The position numbers and the translations under genes are program-made. Below are positions 10,508-20,969 of a stretch of 64,000 nucleotides of DNA, piece after piece. Each line of letters begins with the position of its first letter. Position 1 is the first letter of the stretch. The notes beneath the pieces are model-generated. The model did no database searches. It had not been told where the DNA came from and saw nothing but the letters and a program-made list of their open reading frames with translations. The stretch covers positions 672,001 to 736,000 of the forward strand of contig CAWAGQ010000004.1 of NCBI GenBank assembly GCA_963781585.1, given 5' to 3'. The DNA comes from an uncultured Gemmatimonadaceae bacterium. Its GTDB lineage: Bacteria > Gemmatimonadota > Gemmatimonadetes > Gemmatimonadales > Gemmatimonadaceae.

Positions 10508-11080
10508 ATGCTCCGTCTCACCCGAGCAACACTGTCTGTCGCTGCGCTCCTGGGCATGGCGCAGGTGGCGACCGCGCAGGGCGGCCTCACATCGAACATC
10601 GCAACGGCAACGCTGTCAGCCGCGAAGGCCGCATCGTTGAGCGTGTCGATCACGTCGGGCGCCTCACAGTCGATCGCCAATCTCGTCGACAACGCGGTGA
10701 ACACCTTTCCCGGCGCAACGCCGGTGGTCATTCAGACTGACTGGGACATCAATCCGAGTGCCGCGAGCATCTCACTGGTGGGCTACTTCAGCGCGCCGTC
10801 GCAGGCCCTCGCCAACGGCACCGACTACATCACGAGCAGCCTGATTCTCGGCCGCGTGTCCACCGGACTCCCGACCTCGTTCACGACCTTCACGCAGAAC
10901 GCGCTTGCTGGCGTCGGGACGGCGGGTGGCAGTCTCGTCCTGTTCACGCAGGCGATCAACGGCACCAACAAGCAATCGTCGCGAACGGACAATCTCGAGC
11001 TGCGGATCGACATGACCGGCCAGACGGCCACGGCCGGCACGTACACCGGAACGCTGAACCTCCGGCTCGTCACGCAGTGA
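10508..11080 (+). CDS. Secreted beta-rich protein, putative pilin/fimbrial major subunit
   Basis: GGAGGT SD, Sec signal peptide, T/S/A/G/N-rich mature region, C-terminus AGTYTGTLNLRLVTQ like archaic/alternative chaperone-usher pilins. Confidence 0.65.
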   Translation: MLRLTRATLSVAALLGMAQVATAQGGLTSNIATATLSAAKAASLSVSITSGASQSIANLVDNAVNTFPGATPVVIQTDWDINPSAASISLVGYFSAPSQALANGTDYITSSLILGRVSTGLPTSFTTFTQNALAGVGTAGGSLVLFTQAINGTNKQSSRTDNLELRIDMTGQTATAGTYTGTLNLRLVTQ

Positions 11081-11814
11081 TGACCGGCAACGACGTCCGA
11101 TGGCTCGCGGTGACTTCCCGGATCGTTCGGGGCCTGCTGTGGACCGTCGTTCTCCTGCCAGCCACGGCGCGGGCGCAATCGATCAGCCCCGCCGTGGTCG
11201 AATACCGTGAAGCGGCACGCGGCAAGTTCGAGCTCGCCAACAAGACCCTCTATCCCCTGCGCGTGGTGCTCGACCCCCGCGGATTCGTGGTGGAGGAGTC
11301 GGGCACACTGATCGACGAGCCGCTTGACACCACGGTCGTGCATCTCCGTCTGTCGACGATGAGCTTCACCATTCCACCGCTGCAGAACTACGCCGTGTAT
11401 TACGAGGCGAGCGCCTCGAAGTATCCCGCGTGGTTCCAGATCATCAGCGCGATCAGCGGCGGGCGGACGGCCGAGGGACTGAACGTCCGCATCGAGATGC
11501 CGCACGTCGTGTACCTCCTGCAGCGCCGTTCCCTCGCGCGCGCCGACGTTTCGATCCGGGGACTGTCGTACGATTCCGTGGGGCACCGCGTGCTGATCGA
11601 CGTGGAGAACATGGGGAGCGCTCTGGGGCGGATCCTTCGTACGGAAGTGACGGATGGCAGCGGCGCGCGGGCGGTTGGGCCAGCACTGCCACTCTTTCCG
11701 AACAGCCGGCGACATATCGAAATCCCGTGGAACCATCCCGAGTCGGCGGAACGGGTGATCCTGCGCTTCGCGGGGTTTTCGGTCGAGGAACGCCGACGGG
11801 CGGCGTCCAACTGA
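11077..11814 (+). CDS. Putative periplasmic pilus chaperone (PapD-like, two beta domains)
   Basis: Signal peptide, then SISPAVVEY...FELANKT...SFTIPP, and second domain IDVENMG...LFPNSRRHIEI; overlaps the upstream stop. Confidence 0.6.
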   Translation: MMTGNDVRWLAVTSRIVRGLLWTVVLLPATARAQSISPAVVEYREAARGKFELANKTLYPLRVVLDPRGFVVEESGTLIDEPLDTTVVHLRLSTMSFTIPPLQNYAVYYEASASKYPAWFQIISAISGGRTAEGLNVRIEMPHVVYLLQRRSLARADVSIRGLSYDSVGHRVLIDVENMGSALGRILRTEVTDGSGARAVGPALPLFPNSRRHIEIPWNHPESAERVILRFAGFSVEERRRAASN

Positions 11815-11815
11815 G

Positions 11816-13429
11816 GTGGGCAGACTGCCGCGTCGCTCCGTTCTTGCTGCCGTCATCGCGTGCGCCGCACCTTCGGCGCTCTCCGCTCAGGTCATTCAGA
11901 TTCAAGGGACAGCCTCGTCCCTGGAGTCGGGGGTCGGCGCCGCTCTGAAGGTGTGGGGCGACGGTTACGACGGCGGTGCGGGCATCGGGTACCTGCGTGG
12001 GCTTCGCACGAGTCTCTGGGTGCGACGCGCGATCGGGCGCGACACGCTCCGGCTGGGCGACGATGTCATTCCCCTGCGCCTCGCGTCCGATGTATTCGGC
12101 TCGAGTCCGGTGATTCTCGCGCAGGGGGCAGGGTTGCGCGCGCGCCGCGGCCGCACGGCCTTCAGCGTGTTCGCCGGCGCGAGTGCACGCGCCCTGCCCT
12201 CTCCGCTCTTCACATCGACAGAACGCGAATCACCGCTGGGCTACCTGCACGGCGAGAGCGCGATCTCTCCGAGGATTTTGCTGGCGGGAGACGCGGTGGT
12301 GGCACACCGACAGACGCTGCTACTGAGCTCTTCGTGGCAGCCGGTGTCGGACATGACGGCAAGCGCCTCCGCCGGCGTGGGTGGCAACGCGCCGTATGCC
12401 GCGTCCGCGTTCCGGGTTCACCGGGAGCGCTTCGACGTCACAACGGCGTACGTGTATCACGGAGACGCCTATCGGCGCGCCGATGCGCCCCTCAGCGTCC
12501 ACGCCGAAGTCGAAGGGGCGAATGCATCCGCGACCTGGCGCCCCTTGCCTTCGTTCGCCATCAACGCCGGCCGACAGCACTTCCGGCAGGACAGCGTGGT
12601 GGCCGGCATGTCGCCCAATGCCACATCCACTCAGGCGTCACTCTCCTGGGCCTCAACCGCATTGGCCGCGTCGCTGGGTGGCTTCGAGTCGCAGTCGGAT
12701 TCCGTGCGCAATTTCAGTTCGTTCGCGTACCTGCGGCGCGACCTGACTTCGTGGTTTCGGGGGGATCTCTATCTGCTCTCGATCTGGGAGCCGCATCGGA
12801 TCCGCAGCACGACCCCGGTCCTGTACCTGCGCGAAAGCCTCTCGCCACGCGCGGAGTTCGTTCAGGTCGTGACGCGCAGCGACCGTGGCACGACGGTCAA
12901 TTTCGGCGGGGCCCTGCGGGGCGGACTCAGCGAAGTGAGCGTCGACTATCAGGTCGTGCACTCCCCGCTCCGCGTCAACGACCCCTTCCAGACGTCCATG
13001 GGGCTGACGGTGAGGCTGCAGCTTGGCGCCCTGCAACTTTCCCTCGGGAGCTTCGTGGCGCCCGACGGCCGCACGTACTTCTCGGCGTCGGGCGGGAGCT
13101 TTCTCTATCGCGCGGCGTCATCGATGGGGCGAGCCGAGGGGCTGCTGTTCCAGTTCGACCGATTCCTCGTGCGGGGACGCGTGGTCGACGAGGAGGGCAA
13201 CCCGGTCGAGGGTGCCGCCATTCGACTGGGAGACGAGACCGTCTACACGAACCGCCGCGGTGAATTCTTTCTCCGACGCCCCTCGGCGCAGGCGCTGCCG
13301 CTCACGGTGCTGCCAACGGACTTTCTGCTGCCGGGAACCTACGAGACCGTCAGCGCGCCCGAACAGGCGACACCGGCACGAGAGGGACACGAGCAGCCGG
13401 TCACCATCGTGGTCCGCAAGCGCGCCTAA
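11816..13429 (+). CDS. Outer-membrane beta-barrel-like protein with C-terminal carboxypeptidase-regulatory-like domain; putative usher
   Basis: Signal peptide, many amphipathic beta strands, C-terminal VRGRVVDEEGNPVEGAAI...TNRRGEF. Confidence 0.55.
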   Translation: MGRLPRRSVLAAVIACAAPSALSAQVIQIQGTASSLESGVGAALKVWGDGYDGGAGIGYLRGLRTSLWVRRAIGRDTLRLGDDVIPLRLASDVFGSSPVILAQGAGLRARRGRTAFSVFAGASARALPSPLFTSTERESPLGYLHGESAISPRILLAGDAVVAHRQTLLLSSSWQPVSDMTASASAGVGGNAPYAASAFRVHRERFDVTTAYVYHGDAYRRADAPLSVHAEVEGANASATWRPLPSFAINAGRQHFRQDSVVAGMSPNATSTQASLSWASTALAASLGGFESQSDSVRNFSSFAYLRRDLTSWFRGDLYLLSIWEPHRIRSTTPVLYLRESLSPRAEFVQVVTRSDRGTTVNFGGALRGGLSEVSVDYQVVHSPLRVNDPFQTSMGLTVRLQLGALQLSLGSFVAPDGRTYFSASGGSFLYRAASSMGRAEGLLFQFDRFLVRGRVVDEEGNPVEGAAIRLGDETVYTNRRGEFFLRRPSAQALPLTVLPTDFLLPGTYETVSAPEQATPAREGHEQPVTIVVRKRA

Positions 13430-13956
13430 CGTGCCTCCCCGACCGGACCGATGAGGTGCAGCACATCCTCGCGATCGGCGACCAACCGACCATTCACATC
13501 GAACAGTTCGTACCGCAGGCAGGCCGCCCCGGTCGCCTGTCCGGGTTCCGCGATCACGCGATATCGGACCACGCGCTCCGCGGTCGCTGACAGCATGACG
13601 GGGCTGGCCCCGGCCGCCTCGGGAACGATGACCAGACGGCCCGCGCTGTCGCGAACGAACAGGCGCGTCACGTTGTCGCCGCGGCTGCACTGGCCCTTCG
13701 TCAGGCCGAGGACATCGCCAGTCCTAACGACAAACGGTATCGGCGCGGTGACGTCCAGAACCTGCGGGCCCACCCGGCGGACGGTCTCACCGGTGGGGAG
13801 TCGTGGTTCGGGGGCGCTGATGGGCGCGGTGGCAGGCGGCCGCTTGACGACGATCAGGGTTACTTGCGCGACCCTGCTCCGGGTTGCCTGCGCCCTGGTG
13901 CTGACGGGGGTCAGCAACAGGCAGGCGACCAGGGTAACGGGGAGCGTCCGCTGCAT
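13426..13956 (-). CDS. Secreted hypothetical protein convergent on the pilus-like operon
   Basis: Signal peptide MQRTLPVTLVACLLLTPVSTRA; beta-rich; two Cys in the mature part. Confidence 0.6.
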   Translation of the reverse strand: MQRTLPVTLVACLLLTPVSTRAQATRSRVAQVTLIVVKRPPATAPISAPEPRLPTGETVRRVGPQVLDVTAPIPFVVRTGDVLGLTKGQCSRGDNVTRLFVRDSAGRLVIVPEAAGASPVMLSATAERVVRYRVIAEPGQATGAACLRYELFDVNGRLVADREDVLHLIGPVGEAR

Positions 13957-14186
13957 CCACGTCGCCCGTTCGGCACGACATCTGGTGTTGTGGACCACGC
14001 CACAACGGGCCGGTGAGACGGCGCTCGGTGCGGGTCGAAAGGTAGTGCCGGCCGCCTTCCGTTCTGGCTCGGGATGCATGCTTTACAGCCTCGGCTGGCC
14101 ACCCCTGAAAGTTTAGCGCTGCCTCGCATACCGGAAGAGGTTGCCCGCGGGTCAATTCCCCAATACTCCCGTGCGACACGGCGCCC

Positions 14187-16736
14187 TCACACCGCGCGTG
14201 CGAAATGGCCCCGGGTGAAGGTCGTCCCAACAATGGCACGCGGCGCGTCCAGCGCCGGCCGCGCGGCTTGTGCCAGCGAATCGAGCGCGGCGGCGTATGC
14301 GCGCACCAGCCCGGCGACCGGATCACCATGGACGTTGAAGACGGCCCGGTACGCCCGTATCCCCGCGCTCCAGAGCCGCGGCAGGTATTCCGATGCCTCG
14401 ATGGGACGGGAATGCAGCAGGCGATTGCGGCAATGCGCATCGGTCGCCACGGGAAACGTGTATCCGGCGGGATCGGTGAGCGCCACGATGGGGTGCTTGT
14501 GTACGCACAGGTCCCGGCAAGTGGTGGGTTTGCGGTCGAATGCTGCCGAGAGCACGCAATGCTCCAGTGTCATCCCCTCGGGGCGACCGTAGATCAGCAC
14601 TTCGAAACGCTGTCCGCGCCACGGCGCGACCATTTCGGCCAGCTCATCCGCGGTGAGTTCGACGGACGCGGTGACACGAGTGGCGCCGCGGATCAGGATC
14701 TCGGCGGCGGTGTGCTGGTTGAAGCAATTGGCCGCGTAATCCACGACCACGTCGCGGCCAAGCGCGGCGAGCTCGGACGCCAGGCCGAGGTGTCCGGACA
14801 GGATTGGCAGATCGAGGGCCAGCCACTTCTCGAGCGAGCGATTCTCTTCCGGCCGGAGAATTGTCGGTGTCCGCAGTCGCAGCGCGATCCCGCGCGCGGC
14901 GAGCTCCCCGGCCAGCGAGCGCACGTGCGATGCCGACGGCGTCGGATGGCGAAGGAACGGATCGAACACGATTTCCGTGGCCCCGGCTCCGGCAGCCTGG
15001 TGGGCGTCGTCGTCGCAGAACACCTCGGCAACCAGCGCATAGCGCGGCGGTGGCAACGAGCTCCCGTTTCCGGCGTTTCCCCGGTCCGCGCTGGCTGTCC
15101 GTGGTGGCGCGATATCGGGCGCGCTGGCCTTTGGAGGAATCGCGACAATCGCGGTGTCGATAGCGCGCTGCCGCTCCGCGAGCCGCACCTGCTCCAGGTC
15201 ACGACGGCGTCGCAGTAGTTCGTCAACCGCCCGGCGTCGCATCTCATTCAGCTCTCGAACCGGGAGGAAGACACCGGAGGAGAGGCCCGCGCGATCGAGC
15301 GCCCCTAACGCGAAAGGCGTGTCGCCCAGGCGCGCCCAGTGCTCGCGCAGTCGCGGTTCGTCGAGCTCGTGCGCCCGAGCGATCGACAGCTGGCCTTCGC
15401 TTTCCACGGTGACGTCGAGTCCCACGCACGAAAACAGGGCGGTCAGGTGCGAACCGGCCCGACCGAAGGCGCGAACCTGGAGCGCGATCCGATCGGGTCC
15501 CGTGTCGGCGGAGAGCCCGCTGGTGCTGGCCCGGGCGCGGTCGATCAGCGCCGCGTCGGCGCTTCGCACCACGCGCCACCCAATGGGCACCGGTATTGGT
15601 GACCGGATCGCCTGGCGGACTGCTCCGGTGCGAGGCCCCAGCGCCCGCACGTCGCGCACACGAAACCCGCTGCTCGGCCCCGACGCGCCGGGGGGAGGCT
15701 CGAACCCGAGTCCGTCTCCCACGCGAACCGGTTCGGCTACCTCGATCGTGATCTCTCCCTTGCGGCTTCCGACGACGACGCCGAGTTCACGGCCGCGATT
15801 GTCCGGTTGGGTTCGGGTCACGTACGTGCGGCCGGCGCGGCCGTGCAGCATGCCGGCGGTGAACCCGCGGCTGTAGATCTGGACGAGCGGCGTCACGGCC
15901 TCCGGGGAAGGAATCGTGTCGTCGCCGCGGGCCAGCCGATCCAGGAACTGCCGATAACTCCTGGTCGCCACAGCGACGTACTCGGGCTTCTTCTTGCGCC
16001 CCTCGATCTTCAGGCAACCCACGCCCAGGTCGGCGAGCTGCGACAGCTCGTCATGCGCAGCCAGATCCCGGGCGGAGATCAGGTATCCGCGATCGAGCTC
16101 GTCGCCGGTGGCGCTATCGCGCAGGACGTAATCCTTGCGGCACGCCTGGGCGCACGATCCGCGGTTGGCGCTGCGGTCCGAGATCATCCCCGACATGAGG
16201 CACTGCCCGGAGTACGAAATGCAGAGCGCTCCGTGCACGAACGTCTCGAGGCCGAGCTCCGGCACCGCGTCACGGATCGCGCGCAGATCGTCCAGCGTAT
16301 TCTCGCGTGCCATGACCACCCTTTGCACACCGAGCTCACGCAACAGTCTCGCGCCGCGCTCGTCGTGAACCGTGAGTTGCGTGGAACCGTGGAGCTCGAA
16401 TCCCGGAAAGACCTGGTGGATGAGCCGGATCAGCCCGATGTCCTGGACGATCGCGGCATGGATGCCTTGATCGATCGCACGTCCCAGGAGATCGAGCGCC
16501 GGCGCGAGCTCGGCGGGCTTGACGAGCGTGTTGAGGGTGAGGTAGAGGCGCACGCCGTGGGCGCGGGCGAGTGCGCCCGCCTGCCCGAGTTCCTCGACCG
16601 TAAGCTGGGCGCCCTCGTCGCGGGCGTTGAAGCGCTCGACGCCGAGGTACACGGCGTCGGCGCCATTGGCCACGGCTGCCCGCACAGCCTCGAGCGAGCC
16701 GGCCGGTGCAAGAAGCTCCGGGATGCGTCGCGTCAT
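14187..16736 (-). CDS. U32 family protein with long C-terminal region (RlhA-like Fe-S RNA hydroxylase)
   Basis: PELLAPAG, GADAVY, HGALCISYSGQC...NRGSCAQACR, LKIEGR. Confidence 0.9.
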   Translation of the reverse strand: MTRRIPELLAPAGSLEAVRAAVANGADAVYLGVERFNARDEGAQLTVEELGQAGALARAHGVRLYLTLNTLVKPAELAPALDLLGRAIDQGIHAAIVQDIGLIRLIHQVFPGFELHGSTQLTVHDERGARLLRELGVQRVVMARENTLDDLRAIRDAVPELGLETFVHGALCISYSGQCLMSGMISDRSANRGSCAQACRKDYVLRDSATGDELDRGYLISARDLAAHDELSQLADLGVGCLKIEGRKKKPEYVAVATRSYRQFLDRLARGDDTIPSPEAVTPLVQIYSRGFTAGMLHGRAGRTYVTRTQPDNRGRELGVVVGSRKGEITIEVAEPVRVGDGLGFEPPPGASGPSSGFRVRDVRALGPRTGAVRQAIRSPIPVPIGWRVVRSADAALIDRARASTSGLSADTGPDRIALQVRAFGRAGSHLTALFSCVGLDVTVESEGQLSIARAHELDEPRLREHWARLGDTPFALGALDRAGLSSGVFLPVRELNEMRRRAVDELLRRRRDLEQVRLAERQRAIDTAIVAIPPKASAPDIAPPRTASADRGNAGNGSSLPPPRYALVAEVFCDDDAHQAAGAGATEIVFDPFLRHPTPSASHVRSLAGELAARGIALRLRTPTILRPEENRSLEKWLALDLPILSGHLGLASELAALGRDVVVDYAANCFNQHTAAEILIRGATRVTASVELTADELAEMVAPWRGQRFEVLIYGRPEGMTLEHCVLSAAFDRKPTTCRDLCVHKHPIVALTDPAGYTFPVATDAHCRNRLLHSRPIEASEYLPRLWSAGIRAYRAVFNVHGDPVAGLVRAYAAALDSLAQAARPALDAPRAIVGTTFTRGHFARAV

Positions 16737-16747
16737 CCTCGATGAAG

Positions 16748-16915
16748 CTAGCGCGGCGCGCGGTCGCGCGGCTTCACGAAGCGAAGCACCCAGGCCGCGG
16801 CCACGATCGCGATGCCCACCATGCGCAGACGCGAGTGGTCCAGCCGCACCCCAACGGCAAAGACACCGACGCCGATGATGGCGAGCGCGAGTTTGACGCG
16901 GGTGAGCAGGGTCAT
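16748..16915 (-). CDS. Small 55-aa two-TM membrane protein (absent from the ORF track)
   Basis: MTLLTRVKLALAIIGVGVFAVGVRLDHSRLRMVGIAIVAAAWVLRFVKPRDRAPR; ATGA overlap with the upstream stop. Confidence 0.7.
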   Translation of the reverse strand: MTLLTRVKLALAIIGVGVFAVGVRLDHSRLRMVGIAIVAAAWVLRFVKPRDRAPR

Positions 16916-17301
16916 GGGGGCGACCAGGCGGCGGACCGTGACGCGGCAGCCGGCACGCCGGGCAGCGCGAGGCGGCGTGCTTCGTCGTCAGGCACGTCGA
17001 GCACCATCCGCAGCAAGGCCGTGGAAAAGACCTTGCCCTGGGCGTCGGTCTTGAGCGACAACGTGCCGCCGCCGTCGAGGGCGCCATGCAGGAGGAAGTT
17101 GAGAGCGCCGAGGTTGGGCAGATCGAACCGTTCCACTCCGCCAGTGATCATCCCGCGGAAGTGTGCCGCCACCCGTTCAACCGTGAGCTCCCGGGCGAGC
17201 ACGGCATACCAGTCCGGCCTGAGGGCGATGACGCCCACGTTCGCCGTGTCGCCCTTGTCGCCCGATCGGGCATGCGCGATGTCGACCAGTCGCACGTTCA
17301 C
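16912..17301 (-). CDS. AtuA-associated small domain protein
   Basis: AHARSGDKGDTANVGVIA...LDGGGTLSLKTDAQGK. Confidence 0.85.
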   Translation of the reverse strand: MNVRLVDIAHARSGDKGDTANVGVIALRPDWYAVLARELTVERVAAHFRGMITGGVERFDLPNLGALNFLLHGALDGGGTLSLKTDAQGKVFSTALLRMVLDVPDDEARRLALPGVPAAASRSAAWSPP

Positions 17302-17422
17302 GGTGCAACTCGCCGACTGCGCTTCGAGGAGCTCGCGGCGTTCGAGCCATGCGCCGCCGGTGGCGCATCCGGATGCCCGGCGCGTGCATTCCGCACACGC
17401 GGTGCGGCGGGCGTGACGCGCT

Positions 17423-18784
17423 TCACGTGACGAGCTCCACGCGCGTCTCGACGGCTGTCTTGTCGATGAGCGCGGGCCAGTATGCCACGATCTCCTCCAC
17501 CTTGGGCCGACCGCCGGCGAAGCCGGTGACGGTGGGGGGGCCGTTGAGCACCAGCGGGGCGATTTCCCGGGTGAATCGCGCCACCGGCGCCTGATCCGCG
17601 GAGCGCACGCCGACACGCAGCTGGACCTCGGGGAAATCGCACGGCTCGTGGACCAGCGGACCGTGCGTGGCGTTGGCGCCCACGAACTCGGTCACGATCG
17701 CATCGAACCGCAAGCCCAGCCTGGCGAGACGCTCGCGGAGCACACGATCGGCACGCTGGGCCTTGGCGAGAGCCTGGGGCCAGGCATAGACGAGGGTCCC
17801 CACCGCCTTGAAGCCCGCGCGATAGGCGATCGAGACCTTGAGCCTGTCGGTCGGCGGCTTCCCGACGATGTCCGAGACGTGCACGCGGTCAGGGCCGGCC
17901 TGGGTGAGCCGGATGCTGGTGAAGTCGGCGACGACGTCCGGCGTGATATAGGAGCGCGGGTCGCCCATCTCGTAGACGAGTTGCTCGGTAACCGACGGAA
18001 CGGAAATGCGGCCCCCGGTGCCGGGATGCTTGGTGATGTCGAAGGAGCCGTCGGGGTGCGCCTCGACGATCGGATATCCGACATTGGCGAGGTCAGGGAT
18101 CGTTTCCCAGTCGTGGAGGCAGTTCCCTCCCGAGCACTGGGCGCCGCATTCGATGATGTGTCCGGCGATGATGCCGGCGGCGAGCCGGTTCCAGTCACCG
18201 GCCTGCCAGCCGAACTCGAAGCGAAGGGGCGCCATGGTGAGGGCGGTGTCGGTGGACCGTCCCGTGACGACCACATTGGCCCCCATGCCTAACGCCTCGA
18301 CGATCGGTCCGGAACCGAGGTAGGCGTTGGCGGCGAGGACGCGGTCACGGACGCGGGAGAGGGGATCACCGGTGTCCATGTTCGAGAGGGCGTGGCCTTC
18401 CGCCAGCAGCGCGTCGAGCCGGGGCAGGAGATCGTCGCCGGTCACAACGCCCAGCCGGAGCTTTCCCCTGACGCGACGTGCGTCGGCGAGCGCAAGCAGG
18501 GCCTTTGCGCAGGCCCCCGGATTGACGCCGCCGGCGTTGGCGACCACCCTGACGCCCCGCTCGACCACGGCCGACAGGACGCTGTCGACCGCGTCGACGA
18601 AATCGCGGGCGAATCCGGCATCGGGGTCGCGTTCCTTCTGCTTCTGCAGAATGGACATCGTGACCTCGGCCAGATAGTCGAGCATGAGGTAGTCGATCGG
18701 GCCACCGGCGACCTGCCGTCGCGGCGCCTCGAGCCAGTCGCCCCAGAAACCCTGTCCGGCGGCCACGCGCACCGTGCTCTTCAT
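17423..18784 (-). CDS. Acyclic terpene utilization AtuA family protein (DUF1446)
   Basis: [51 protein letters not shown]. Confidence 0.92.
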   Translation of the reverse strand: MKSTVRVAAGQGFWGDWLEAPRRQVAGGPIDYLMLDYLAEVTMSILQKQKERDPDAGFARDFVDAVDSVLSAVVERGVRVVANAGGVNPGACAKALLALADARRVRGKLRLGVVTGDDLLPRLDALLAEGHALSNMDTGDPLSRVRDRVLAANAYLGSGPIVEALGMGANVVVTGRSTDTALTMAPLRFEFGWQAGDWNRLAAGIIAGHIIECGAQCSGGNCLHDWETIPDLANVGYPIVEAHPDGSFDITKHPGTGGRISVPSVTEQLVYEMGDPRSYITPDVVADFTSIRLTQAGPDRVHVSDIVGKPPTDRLKVSIAYRAGFKAVGTLVYAWPQALAKAQRADRVLRERLARLGLRFDAIVTEFVGANATHGPLVHEPCDFPEVQLRVGVRSADQAPVARFTREIAPLVLNGPPTVTGFAGGRPKVEEIVAYWPALIDKTAVETRVELVT

Positions 18785-20403
18785 CGCACCGCGTCCGGTT
18801 GCGGCGGGAGAACGAACGGTCCGATATGGGGCCCCGGATTGTGCAGGGCGGCGCGCAGCGCGCAGGCCAGAACCTGACGGGTATTCTCGGGATACACGAT
18901 CGCGTCCACAAATCCGCGCGCGGCCGCATAACGCGCATCGAGCTGATGCTCGTAGTCGGCCCGCAGCTCCTCCATCGCATCGACCACCGCGGGATCGGGA
19001 GACTGGTCGCGCTCGCGCGCCTCCTCGAGGGCACGGCCATGCACCGCCTGCACGGCCGCCTCCCCCTCCATCACGCCCATGCGGCCGGTGGGCCAGGTGA
19101 AGATGAAATCGGGGTCGAATCCCTGCCCGGCCATGGCGTAGTAGCCGGCGCCCGAGGCGTGATTGACGGTCAGGACGATCTTCGGCACGCGCGCGCACGA
19201 CATCGCTTCGACCCAGCGCGCGCCGGCCCGGATGATGCCCGCGTGCTCGGCCTCCGGTCCCACCATGAATCCCGAGACGTCCTGGACGAACAGGAGCGGA
19301 ATTCCCTCGCGGTCGCATCGGTCGATGAAGAACGCCACTTTTTCCGAACTCTCGGGGTAGACGATTCCGCCAAACCGTGGCTTCTCGCCCGGATGACCGC
19401 GCACGATGCCGCGCTGGTTGGCGATGACGCCGACCGCGATGCCGTCGATGCGGGCGTCGGCGCAGATCATTTCGCGCGCCAGGTTCTGCTGGAATTCGTC
19501 GAGCGCCCCGTCGTCGACCAGGGCGCGCAGCACCGCGTGCATGTCGTACGACATCCGGTGGTCGGAAGGGAGGAGGTCATAGAGCACGTCGCCGACGGCG
19601 GTGGATGCCGGGTCGCGTGCGGTGTCCCCGTGGCCGGCGCGAGGCTCGTACGGCAGCCGCGCAACGAGCTCCCGCAGTTTTTCCACGCAGGCCGCGTCAT
19701 CGTCCACGGCGTAGTGGGCGACGCCGCTGGTCTCGGTGTGGGTGACGGCGCCGCCCAGGGTTTCCGCATCGATGACCTGTCCGGTGGCTCCCTTCACGAG
19801 GTTGGGGCCCCCGAGTCCCATGAAGGACGTTCCCTTCACCATCACGATCTCGTCCGACAGCGCCGGCAGGTACGCCCCACCGGCCACGCACTGCCCCATG
19901 ACGGCGGCGATCTGCGGCACGCGCAGGAAGCGCCGCATGATGGAGTTGTAGTAGAACAGACGAGCGGCGCCGTACTGACCGGGGAAGACGCCGCCCTGGT
20001 AGGGGAGGTTCACGCCGGCCGAGTCCACCAGGTAGATGATCGGGATGCGGCAGCGCATCGCGATTTCCTGGGCGCGGAGCATCTTCCTGATCGTCTCCGG
20101 CCACCACGAGCCGGCCTTCACCGTGGCATCGTTGGCGACGATCACGACCTCGCGGCCTGCCACCACGCCGATGCCGGTCACCACGCCGGCGGACGGGGCC
20201 TGTCCGTCGTAGGCATCGCAGGCGACGAGCAGCCCGATCTCGAGGAAGGTGTCGGGGTCATCGACCAGGCGGGCGACACGTTCGCGAGCGGTCAGCTTGC
20301 CCTGGGCGTGCTGGCGGGCAATCCGATCCGGGCCGCCGCCCTGACGGATGCGCTCCTCCAGCGCTCGGACCTGGGCGCTGAGTTCGCGCAGACGGCTGGT
20401 CAC
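18781..20403 (-). CDS. Acyl-CoA carboxylase carboxyltransferase (beta) subunit
   Basis: [38 protein letters not shown]. Confidence 0.93.
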   Translation of the reverse strand: MTSRLRELSAQVRALEERIRQGGGPDRIARQHAQGKLTARERVARLVDDPDTFLEIGLLVACDAYDGQAPSAGVVTGIGVVAGREVVIVANDATVKAGSWWPETIRKMLRAQEIAMRCRIPIIYLVDSAGVNLPYQGGVFPGQYGAARLFYYNSIMRRFLRVPQIAAVMGQCVAGGAYLPALSDEIVMVKGTSFMGLGGPNLVKGATGQVIDAETLGGAVTHTETSGVAHYAVDDDAACVEKLRELVARLPYEPRAGHGDTARDPASTAVGDVLYDLLPSDHRMSYDMHAVLRALVDDGALDEFQQNLAREMICADARIDGIAVGVIANQRGIVRGHPGEKPRFGGIVYPESSEKVAFFIDRCDREGIPLLFVQDVSGFMVGPEAEHAGIIRAGARWVEAMSCARVPKIVLTVNHASGAGYYAMAGQGFDPDFIFTWPTGRMGVMEGEAAVQAVHGRALEEARERDQSPDPAVVDAMEELRADYEHQLDARYAAARGFVDAIVYPENTRQVLACALRAALHNPGPHIGPFVLPPQPDAVR

Positions 20404-20813
20404 GCTTCCTGCGTCTGCCGGCTCGTGAACCACTGGCGGATGTACTCCACCAGCGCTGAGGTGGACGTGCCCGGACCGAACAGCTGTCCGATGCCCTGCG
20501 CCTGCAGCGCCTCCATGTCCTCGTGGGGGATGATCCCGCCGCCGGTGATCAGGACATCCTCCCGGCCGGCGTCGACCAGCAGCTGCCTAACGCGTGGAAA
20601 GAGGGTCATGTGCGCGCCGCTGAGAATCGAAAGCCCCACCACGTCCACGTCCTCCTGGATCGCGGCGTTGGCGATCATCTCGGGGGTCTGGTGGAGTCCC
20701 GTGTAGATGACCTCCATGCCGGCGTCGCGGAGCGCCGCGGCGACGACCTTGGCGCCGCGGTCGTGGCCGTCGAGACCGGGTTTGGCGATGAGCACGCGAA
20801 TGGGTCGGGACAT
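20400..20813 (-). CDS. Cobalamin-binding small subunit of an acyl-CoA mutase
   Basis: [10 protein letters not shown] (DxHxxG), SILSGAH, GGGIIP. Confidence 0.95.
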   Translation of the reverse strand: MSRPIRVLIAKPGLDGHDRGAKVVAAALRDAGMEVIYTGLHQTPEMIANAAIQEDVDVVGLSILSGAHMTLFPRVRQLLVDAGREDVLITGGGIIPHEDMEALQAQGIGQLFGPGTSTSALVEYIRQWFTSRQTQEA

Positions 20814-20969
20814 CGAAGGAGGCGAGCGCGTTTCCAGTGGCCGAGCCGCGAGTGTGGTGTATCCTAGCGCATTGGCGGAACGAGTGGCAGGCGATGCGCC
20901 CCGACGGGGCCGGACCGCGTGCGAGACCGTGCGGCGTCACCGTCGCAGACGGGGGATGCCGAGGCGCCT

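Noticed and set aside
14040..14150. Possible c-di-GMP-I or c-di-AMP riboswitch upstream of the 13426-13956 gene (minus strand GGCAACC...GCGCTAAAC...GGCGGCCGGC)
   Set aside because: Only scattered resemblance; the GNRA-capped P2 stem and the conserved spacing are missing. It needs an Infernal search.
17302..17422. GC-rich hairpin cluster between the two AtuA-type genes as a REP/MITE
   Set aside because: No second copy found in the window and no target duplication; short hairpins are expected at this GC content.
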